DNA of 64,000 nucleotides from Patescibacteria group bacterium. GTDB taxonomy: Bacteria > Patescibacteriota > Patescibacteriia > UBA9934. Shown one piece after another: positions 8,534 through 15,803 of the stretch. The stretch lies in the NCBI GenBank assembly GCA_041659765.1, contig JBAZXR010000001.1, positions 531,338 to 595,337 on the forward strand, written 5' to 3'. The notes below the pieces were generated by a model that saw nothing but the letters and a program-made list of their open reading frames with translations, ran no database searches and was not told where the DNA came from. A program made the position numbers and the translations under genes. Position 1 is the first letter of the stretch; every line of letters begins with the position of its first letter.

Positions 8534-9761
8534 ACCGCCCCACAATCATTCTCTCTTTCCGGTGCTTGATGGCTTCTGCACAAACACGCTCTAGTCGCTC
8601 TGCGTACTTCGGCAGCGAATAGTCGGCGACTGTTTTACTAGTCTCGTCGCGGCGCTGGGCGAATTCGTCCTTGCGTTGATCTAGGATTGTGAGCGCGCGC
8701 AAGAAGTCGCCTCGGTCGCCGGGGATAAACAGGAAGCCGTTTTTACCTTCCTCCACCAGTTCGCCCACGCCGCCAATTCTCGAAGCCAGAATCGGCAAAC
8801 CAGCCTGGAGGCCTTCGTAAATAACCGTTGGAGAATTCTCGTAACACAGGCTCGGCACGACGAGTGCGTCAACAACTCCAAACACGTTCACAATCTCCCC
8901 CGGCGGCATGTAACCCAAGTAAGTGATGCGTTCGTTTTCGCTGGCGTGCTTCTCTGTCCACTTTCTGAGCACCCCGTCACCCGCAATCATGAGGCGCGCA
9001 TCAATCGGCAAGGTCGAAATAGCGTCGACCAAAAAGGCTAGACCCTTATGCTGGGCGAGCTGGCCCACGAACAAAAGTTTCAGCGGTCCGCCAGAACGGC
9101 CTTTCTTTGGCGAAATATCATAGGTCGGTGCCGGGTTAGGCATCACCTCAATGTTAGTACCCGTGAAAAAGCCGGACCGGCGATACATGCGCTCAAGATA
9201 ATGCGACGGCGAAATAACGACGTCCGGATTCTTAAATTTAGCGCGACAAAAAAGCTGGTACACCTTATAGAACGGTTTAATGAACCACGGCGTCTGCTCT
9301 TTACCGAACATGACGAGGCCGGAGGGAACGATAAGCTGCAAATCGTGAATCACGTGCACATGCGGAATCTTCATCTGACGCATGACCTTCGGAATAGACA
9401 GGCCGAGTCCTTTTAGGTTATGCGTAATGACCACGTCCGGCTGTTCATTAACCATAACCTTGCGCACCACCTCCGCTCCATGTCCAGAGAAGCCGTCTAT
9501 TAGATGCCAAAATAATCTGATGAGCCACGGATATTTATAATCGTTCAACGTGAAGTACAAATTGCGCGGATAAAAACGATAAACACGCTCAACCGTTGAG
9601 CGATCCAAAATAATTCCCCTCCCTTCAGAGCGCGGCTGGCCGGTAATCACAAACACGTCATGTCCACGAGCCAGGAGTTCCTGGACCGTGCGAACAATGA
9701 CCGTTTCAGCTCCCCCGCGGGCGTGGGGCGGATAGAGATTTGTAATGATTCCTATCTTCAT
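8532..9761 (-). CDS. Glycosyltransferase family 4 (GT4).
   Basis: 409 aa. N-terminal MKIGIITNLYPPHARGGAETV and a C-terminal GT4 (GT-B) EX7E-like region. Confidence 0.8.
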   Translation of the reverse strand: MKIGIITNLYPPHARGGAETVIVRTVQELLARGHDVFVITGQPRSEGRGIILDRSTVERVYRFYPRNLYFTLNDYKYPWLIRLFWHLIDGFSGHGAEVVRKVMVNEQPDVVITHNLKGLGLSIPKVMRQMKIPHVHVIHDLQLIVPSGLVMFGKEQTPWFIKPFYKVYQLFCRAKFKNPDVVISPSHYLERMYRRSGFFTGTNIEVMPNPAPTYDISPKKGRSGGPLKLLFVGQLAQHKGLAFLVDAISTLPIDARLMIAGDGVLRKWTEKHASENERITYLGYMPPGEIVNVFGVVDALVVPSLCYENSPTVIYEGLQAGLPILASRIGGVGELVEEGKNGFLFIPGDRGDFLRALTILDQRKDEFAQRRDETSKTVADYSLPKYAERLERVCAEAIKHRKERMIVGR

Positions 9762-10834
9762 ACCTTGAGTACTCCGTTATACGCCTGGAGCAATTGGCGT
9801 GCAATAGCCCCGCTGTCATACCTTTCCATAACACGTACGCGAGCGGCTGAGCCCATGATTACTGCGTCTTCTGGGCGATCGGCGAACTTCTGAAGCTGGT
9901 ACGCCAAATCATCTACGTCACCAGGTTTGGCGAGGTAGCCCGTACGGCCTTTTTCGACGAGTGTCCTGACGCCAGGAAGGTCGCTGACAACCGAAGGCAG
10001 GCCTGAAGCAGCGGCCTCGAGGGTGACGAGACCGAAGGCTTCCCCGCCGTTAATGCTCGGCAGTACGTGCACATCTGCAGAGCGATAGACGTTCGGCAGT
10101 TCTGTGTCTGACACGCGACCGAGAAATTTCACGCGGTCGGCGATCATCAAGTCAGAGGCGAGGCGCTCGTAGAATGCCTTGAGGTCGCCATCGCCGGCAA
10201 TCACGAGTCGGGCACTCGGCGCAAGTTTAGCGAAGGCACGCAGAAGAATATCCACGCCTTTGAAGTCGTGCGCTTTGTCGAGGCCGCCGACGAAGAGGTA
10301 GACCACCGACTTCCCCGTAGCCCCCTCTTTGAAAGAGGGGGAACACGCCACACCCGGCGCGAAGCGCGTGCTGTCCACGCCGAAAGGCATTTCGGTCAGG
10401 CCGTCGTGAGAGAGACCGGAGGCTTCTGCGTACTCAAGCGAGCTCACGAAAATCTTTTTGGCGATGAGAAAAATAAATGGTTCGATGAACCAACGATGCA
10501 AGGTAAAAATAACGTTGCGCCAATCCTTTGTCACGGCCTTCATGTGATACGTGAGTACAAGAGGCGTTTTGTGAATTATCGACGCGAGCACAGCAAACAC
10601 GTCCATGCCGTAACACGGATAGTGAACGTGGATCACGTCGAAGCCTTTCAGCTTCATGACAAGTGACGGCATCAACGCTGCGTTGCCGTACGCAAAGAGT
10701 GACTTGGTCGTGCTCGGCTCAAAAACGACCACATCATGGCCAAGGGCTTTAAGAGCGTTGGTCTGGGCTTCGGCAACATGTCCAATACCCCCCTTATAAG
10801 GAGGGAAAACTGCGGAAACGACAGCAATTCGCAT
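9758..10834 (-). CDS. Glycosyltransferase family 4 (GT4). Start probably MRIAVVS; carries an in-frame P3 palindromic element.
   Basis: MRIAVVSAVFPPYKGGIGHV...; the C-terminal GT4 fold is retained. ATGA overlap with the upstream GT4 gene. Confidence 0.75.
   Translation of the reverse strand: MRIAVVSAVFPPYKGGIGHVAEAQTNALKALGHDVVVFEPSTTKSLFAYGNAALMPSLVMKLKGFDVIHVHYPCYGMDVFAVLASIIHKTPLVLTYHMKAVTKDWRNVIFTLHRWFIEPFIFLIAKKIFVSSLEYAEASGLSHDGLTEMPFGVDSTRFAPGVACSPSFKEGATGKSVVYLFVGGLDKAHDFKGVDILLRAFAKLAPSARLVIAGDGDLKAFYERLASDLMIADRVKFLGRVSDTELPNVYRSADVHVLPSINGGEAFGLVTLEAAASGLPSVVSDLPGVRTLVEKGRTGYLAKPGDVDDLAYQLQKFADRPEDAVIMGSAARVRVMERYDSGAIARQLLQAYNGVLKV
10311..10349. repeat. Palindromic micro-element, family P3 (CCCCGTAGCCCCCTCTTTGAAAGAGGGGGAA), in-frame inside the GT4 CDS.
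   Basis: Near-identical to 4178..4216. Encodes SPSFKEGATGKS. Confidence 0.8.
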
Positions 10835-10841
10835 AGATGCC

Positions 10842-11189
10842 CTATTCGTTGGGCTTTTTGACGTTCTCAATGGCTACCGCCCGCACAAGCGATGTCATCT
10901 CCGCGGACAGCTTCTGCTGGGCAATCATGAGCCGATACACGGTGAACGTAAGGACCACAATGGCAGAGTAGACAATGACGTCTGCGCCGCGGCCGATGCC
11001 AACAAAGTTAGCAACAATGTTCGCTAAGTTCGGCACGAGCGCGACCGCGATAACGACGATCCACAAAAGCGTGAAGGCGATGGCCCAATATTTGGAAGCT
11101 TCTTTTTTGGAATACTGCTTCCACGTTTTATAAATGGCGTACGCAGCGAATGAAACAAGGATGATTTGGAAAATCATATTAGCCAACAA
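10842..11189 (-). CDS. DUF2304-family small membrane protein (partner of a GT2 glycosyltransferase).
   Basis: About 3 TM helices; GIGRGADVIVY...YRLMIAQQKLSAEMTSLVRAVAIEN matches the DUF2304 pattern. Lies immediately downstream of, and overlaps, the GT2 gene. Confidence 0.65.
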   Translation of the reverse strand: MLANMIFQIILVSFAAYAIYKTWKQYSKKEASKYWAIAFTLLWIVVIAVALVPNLANIVANFVGIGRGADVIVYSAIVVLTFTVYRLMIAQQKLSAEMTSLVRAVAIENVKKPNE

Positions 11190-11856
11190 GTTTCTTTTTC
11201 AAAATATCGGTAGCCGTAGCCATTGCTTTTAGCGTTGATTGTCCCTTCTGCAACGTCTCCTCGCTGTAGCGAATGGTCACGGGACGCTCGACGTACTTTA
11301 AACGCTTGTTCACAATAATGTCGAGAATCTCTGAAGCATGCGCCATGCGGTCGAGTGAAATACGAACCGACAAACCGGCGTTCCTCGAGAAAGCTCGAAA
11401 GCCGTTATGAGTATCGGTCACTTTAATGCCAGAAAGTCCGCGCGTAAACAGAACTCCAAGCAGGATCATCGCTCGGCGAAGTCCTGGCATATTCTCCGCT
11501 TCGCGCCCAAGAAAACGAGAGCCGAGCACCACGTCAGCCTCGCCCTTCATGATTGGTTCGAGCATCAGCGGAATCTCACCTCCCCGCATCTGCCCATCAG
11601 CGTCAAAATGCACAATCGCCTCCGCGCCAAGAACGTTAAGCGCGTAGTCCATGCCAGTTTGGAGCGACGCCCCCTGGCCGCGGTTTAATATATGCGTCAG
11701 CACATGCGCACCGGCTTTACTAGCAACCTCGCCGGTCTTGTCTCGACTCCCGTCATCGACAACTACCGCGAATGGCACGTACGCCAAAGCATCGCGAACT
11801 GCGTCTGCAATCCGCGCTTCTTCGTTATAGCCAGCAATAACCGCCACCACGCGCAT
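11179..11856 (-). CDS. Glycosyltransferase family 2 (dolichyl/polyprenyl-phosphate hexosyltransferase-like).
   Basis: MRVVAVIAGYNEE...VVVDDGSRDKT...HFDADGQ. DxD and GT2 core motifs in 225 aa. Confidence 0.85.
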   Translation of the reverse strand: MRVVAVIAGYNEEARIADAVRDALAYVPFAVVVDDGSRDKTGEVASKAGAHVLTHILNRGQGASLQTGMDYALNVLGAEAIVHFDADGQMRGGEIPLMLEPIMKGEADVVLGSRFLGREAENMPGLRRAMILLGVLFTRGLSGIKVTDTHNGFRAFSRNAGLSVRISLDRMAHASEILDIIVNKRLKYVERPVTIRYSEETLQKGQSTLKAMATATDILKKKLVG

Positions 11857-11868
11857 AGATGGGGTTAT

Positions 11869-12888
11869 CTAACCTATATTTCCACCATTCGTCAAAAGAA
11901 CCTTATTAGCACGAACGTAATCTATTGCTTTCTTAAGTCCGTCCTCAGTCCTAACGAGCGGAATCCAACCAAGCTTTTCACGAGCTTTATTCAAGGATGG
12001 GAGACCAAGCGGCACCATGTGGGCTGCCTGAGCCTCATAACTAATCGCCACTTCCTCACTTTCCGTCAGCGTCATGATCTGTTTGGCGATATCTGAAATT
12101 TTCACCTCAACATCGCTGCCAAGATTTACGGGACCAATCCCCTTCTCCGCCCGCATCAGACGCGTCAAACCGTCTACCACATCTGTGACATAGGCCAGTG
12201 TTGTCGTTGAGTTCTCATCGCCCATGATTACAATTGGCTGTCCGTCAAGCACATTTAAAATAAAATCTGGAATCTGGTGGCCCTGGAACAACGGCATGCG
12301 CGGACCGAAGGTCCTAAAGATACGGGCAATCTTGCAATCCAATCCGTAAACATCCGCATAAGTGGTGAACATGGTTTCTGCGAAGCGTTTGCCTTCGTTA
12401 AAGCAGGCACGGGGGTTCAAATGATCTAGCACGCCGAGCTCTGACTCATCAATCCCTGCTTTTATGCTCGCATCACGGGCGCCATAAACTGTAGCCGAGG
12501 AAGTTAAAAGGGCACGCGACTTATATTTAACCGCCAAATCAAGAACATTTTTAGTACCCAATGAATTAGTGAGCAAAGCCGGCATCCGATACTTTTCAAA
12601 ACCTTTTACGGCTGTGGGCAGGGCCAAATGATAAATTTCCTGGACACCGAGAAATTTTACTTTAAATGGTTCGAGCTCCGGAAAGGTCTCAAGGTCGAAC
12701 GGAACGGAAATGTCGAGCTTCAAAAACTGGAAGTCGGGATTGCGCAAAAGCGATTCAATATTGCGAACATGCCCCGTAGAAAAGTCATCGACGCAGATGA
12801 CGTGATTCCCTTCTTTGAGAAGCACGTCGCACAAAAACGATCCAATAAATCCTGCGCCTCCCGTAACCAAGACATTTTTTTTATCCAT
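11869..12888 (-). CDS. NAD-dependent sugar epimerase/dehydratase (UDP-glucuronate decarboxylase / UXS-like).
   Basis: VLVTGGAGFIGSFLCDVLL...; extended SDR fold, 339 aa. Confidence 0.65.
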   Translation of the reverse strand: MDKKNVLVTGGAGFIGSFLCDVLLKEGNHVICVDDFSTGHVRNIESLLRNPDFQFLKLDISVPFDLETFPELEPFKVKFLGVQEIYHLALPTAVKGFEKYRMPALLTNSLGTKNVLDLAVKYKSRALLTSSATVYGARDASIKAGIDESELGVLDHLNPRACFNEGKRFAETMFTTYADVYGLDCKIARIFRTFGPRMPLFQGHQIPDFILNVLDGQPIVIMGDENSTTTLAYVTDVVDGLTRLMRAEKGIGPVNLGSDVEVKISDIAKQIMTLTESEEVAISYEAQAAHMVPLGLPSLNKAREKLGWIPLVRTEDGLKKAIDYVRANKVLLTNGGNIG

Positions 12889-12897
12889 ATTATTTAT

Positions 12898-14979
12898 TTA
12901 CCAAGCTCCAAGTGAAGTGCCCAAAGAGCCGATAAGTTTAGAGCCAAGTGTGCCCATTATATTCCCATGCGAAGTAAAAACCTGTACTTCACCGGCGCCA
13001 TGTTCTGGGGCCACCACAATATCCTCTTTACCGTCTACATCTATGTCTGAAACGGCTACCACCGCGCCGGTTTTAGAAGATTGATCACCCACCCAGAACT
13101 GTCCCCATACCGCACCAATCTTGTTAAAGATGCGGATATTGGAGGCCCCTGGCGCACGCGGGGCGGTCACAATCTCGTCTCGATCGTCGCCGTCAAAGTC
13201 GCCGGACGACAGTGAGATGCCATAAGTCATGGTTGGCGCATATGCCAAGAAATCCACCAAAGCTTTTCCATCATTATCATACACGGCTACACGGGGGATT
13301 CCAGACAAGGCGCCAAACACCATTTCTTGATCATAGTCCTCATCAATGTCAGCCACCGTGGCGGTGAGCGGAGTGTCGGCGGCGAACCCGACCACCGGAA
13401 ACCGGAATTTCTCTACACCATCTTGGCCGAACACCACAGCATCAGTGCTGACTCCGGCCCCAACCACGGCTACAATGTCATCCGAAAAATCCCCGTCCAC
13501 ATCACCCAGGGCCACAGAGACTCCTTGTCTTGTTTTCTCATCAAAAGCAAAGAACGAACGAATGAGTGCGCCAGTAGCGGTGAAAATTCGTATCTGTGGA
13601 CCGCCGCCTTTTCCAGCCGAAGCAATAACCTCAGGAACACCATCGCCCGTCAGATCAGCCAGGCCCACCCGAACACCGCCCAGAAAAGTTGGCGCAAAAA
13701 CATAGAACTCTGCATATGGCGTACCGTCAGCCTTATATACTCTGACGTTCGGCGGCTCGCCAGGCGCTGCGCCGAGGGCAATAAACGAATATGCCGAATC
13801 TCCAGTCAAACCGCCACTACTCGCCGCTGGCGGCTTAGTGGTTGAAGGAATTGGCGCAACTGGGAGTGGTCCGGCCGGGGCGGTGCCCGCCAATGATTGA
13901 GCCACGGATAGCGCGCGAGCGATATTCAATCGGCCGACGCCTAGCGAACCCGGACCAGATAAGGTCACTTTCACCGGGTCAACCGACAGCTTGATGGCAG
14001 TCCTGACTTGATCAACCGTCAGCGTTGGGAAAGCTGAAAGCATCAAGGCGGCGGCTCCGGCCACCATTGGGCTAGCGGCGGACGTGCCATCCCAAGAAAG
14101 CTGGGTACCAAATAATCCAGTGTCTCCGTCACTCAAAGTTAAACCCTGAATATTCGTGCCGGGCGCGCTTAAATCCGCACAGGCGTTTCCAAAATTAGTG
14201 AATTCAGTTTCAGAATCACTCTCGTCAGTAGCGGCCACGCCGATCACCCAATCCTCCGTTTCTGATCTGAAACAGGCCGGGTAGACCGGCGAGCTGTTCA
14301 CATCCCTTCCATCATTCCCGAGCGCGGCCGTAATGGTCACCCCGGCATGATAAGCATCAATCACCGCCTGCCGCAAAGCCGAACCAGACACGTCCCCCAC
14401 AAAACTGAGATTAATTACTTTCGCCCCATTTTTCACCGCGTAACGAATAGCGCTGGTCGCCTCCTCTTCTCCCCCGCCGCCTTGTTCATCTAAAATTCTG
14501 AGCGGCATGATACGAACGTGCCAATTAATTCCCGCGTAACCAATACTATTATTCGTGGCTGCTCCAATAATGCCGGAGATCAGAGTTCCGTGCGATGTAG
14601 CAAGCGCTGAAGAATTCGCGTCCGGAATAGTCCCCTTGGGAACCGGAGAATTGTCATGATCCACAAAATCCCAACCTTCGACATCATCAACATATCCGTT
14701 CCGATCATCATCCAGGCCATTGCCCGGAATCTCATTAGTGTTCTTCCAAAGATTGTGGACTAAATCTGGATGATCAAGATCCACCCCAGTATCAAGAACG
14801 GCCACGATCACCGAGCCATCACCGACCGACGTATCCCAAGCGGCCTCAACATTAATCAGGCGCAAGTACCACTGCTCAGCAAGATATGGATCGTTCGGGG
14901 TTTTTGCCAAGACGCACAAAGGCGGGGTTAATAACCCCGCCATCACAAAACAGATCGCGACGTTCCCAAGAAAGCGCAT
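12898..14979 (-). CDS. Secreted subtilisin-like (S8) serine protease with C-terminal FG-GAP/VCBS-like repeats.
   Basis: Catalytic triad blocks DTGVDLDHPDL, HGTLISGIIGA and GTSAASPMVAGAAAL. C-terminal repeats of the DxDGDGxxD type (LADLTGDGVPEVI etc.). Signal peptide present. Confidence 0.85.
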   Translation of the reverse strand: MRFLGNVAICFVMAGLLTPPLCVLAKTPNDPYLAEQWYLRLINVEAAWDTSVGDGSVIVAVLDTGVDLDHPDLVHNLWKNTNEIPGNGLDDDRNGYVDDVEGWDFVDHDNSPVPKGTIPDANSSALATSHGTLISGIIGAATNNSIGYAGINWHVRIMPLRILDEQGGGGEEEATSAIRYAVKNGAKVINLSFVGDVSGSALRQAVIDAYHAGVTITAALGNDGRDVNSSPVYPACFRSETEDWVIGVAATDESDSETEFTNFGNACADLSAPGTNIQGLTLSDGDTGLFGTQLSWDGTSAASPMVAGAAALMLSAFPTLTVDQVRTAIKLSVDPVKVTLSGPGSLGVGRLNIARALSVAQSLAGTAPAGPLPVAPIPSTTKPPAASSGGLTGDSAYSFIALGAAPGEPPNVRVYKADGTPYAEFYVFAPTFLGGVRVGLADLTGDGVPEVIASAGKGGGPQIRIFTATGALIRSFFAFDEKTRQGVSVALGDVDGDFSDDIVAVVGAGVSTDAVVFGQDGVEKFRFPVVGFAADTPLTATVADIDEDYDQEMVFGALSGIPRVAVYDNDGKALVDFLAYAPTMTYGISLSSGDFDGDDRDEIVTAPRAPGASNIRIFNKIGAVWGQFWVGDQSSKTGAVVAVSDIDVDGKEDIVVAPEHGAGEVQVFTSHGNIMGTLGSKLIGSLGTSLGAW
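14921..14946. repeat. Palindromic micro-element, family P2 (GGCGGGGTTAATAACCCCGCCATCAC), lying in-frame within the signal peptide of the S8 protease.
   Basis: Identical core plus ATCAC flank at 36941..36965. Encodes MAGLLTPP. Confidence 0.85.
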
Positions 14980-15000
14980 ATGCGCACAGTATACCCGAAC

Positions 15001-15753
15001 CTACTTCACAATACATGTCGTTTTCAGGGCCTGGAGTTCATCCGCAATACTTTGGTTCTTGGGCGAAAGAGTTTTGGCTACAGAAAAATGGTCAATAGCG
15101 CGTTGGCAATCTCCAGCGTTCTGATACCACCGACCAAGCTGCACCATGTTCCAGGAAGTCTGCCCGCGCTTGGCCACGTAAACTTCTAAAAGTTTTTTCA
15201 CCGAATCCTGGTCAGCCGGGAAATGCACCTCCAAGAGCTCGACTAAATTAATATAAAAACTTTCTGGTCCCTGGCCAGCACTGAGTTCTATAGCGTGCTC
15301 AAAGGCTTTTCTGGCACCAGAATAATCACCCATCTTGGCCAGTACGTTGCCGTAAGAATTGGTTGCCGCGTAGTTAAGCGGATTGCCTTTTAGTTCGGCT
15401 TCATATGCTTCACGAGAAGTGATCAGGTCGCCAAGAACCAAGGCATAGTTACCCACCGCATCATATCTATTCAAATTCACCTCTCCGCCATCAGCCTGAT
15501 CAGCCGCTAAAGCTGCCTGCGCGGTCCTCAATTGATTCTCAACATACGCCCGCGTAGCTGGATCCATATCAACCTGAACATAAGTGGTCAGTCCGCGATA
15601 TTTAGCCGACGGTCCAACCAAGAGGAAAACTCCATACCCTAAAGACAGGAGAAGAACGAGAGAAACGGCACCAATAATATAGTGTGTGCGAGTCAAAGCC
15701 ATATGGGCGAAAGTATAGAAAAACCTGGTAAAAAGAGCAACCCCGCGTTTCAT
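15001..15753 (-). CDS. TPR-repeat protein with an N-terminal membrane anchor.
   Basis: 250 aa. TM segment IIGAVSLVLLLSLGYGVFLLV followed by TPR-like helical repeats (AxxxxG...Y patterns). Confidence 0.65.
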   Translation of the reverse strand: MKRGVALFTRFFYTFAHMALTRTHYIIGAVSLVLLLSLGYGVFLLVGPSAKYRGLTTYVQVDMDPATRAYVENQLRTAQAALAADQADGGEVNLNRYDAVGNYALVLGDLITSREAYEAELKGNPLNYAATNSYGNVLAKMGDYSGARKAFEHAIELSAGQGPESFYINLVELLEVHFPADQDSVKKLLEVYVAKRGQTSWNMVQLGRWYQNAGDCQRAIDHFSVAKTLSPKNQSIADELQALKTTCIVK

Positions 15754-15803
15754 CCCTGTACCCTCAAGCGAGAGGGAGGATAAAACACGGGGTCACGATG
15801 GTC

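Noticed and set aside
9711-9730. CCCGCGGG palindrome inside the GT4 gene at 8532..9761
   Set aside because: Short (8 bp), and it encodes the conserved GT4 motif region (PPHARGGAE), so it is ordinary coding sequence and not an inserted element.
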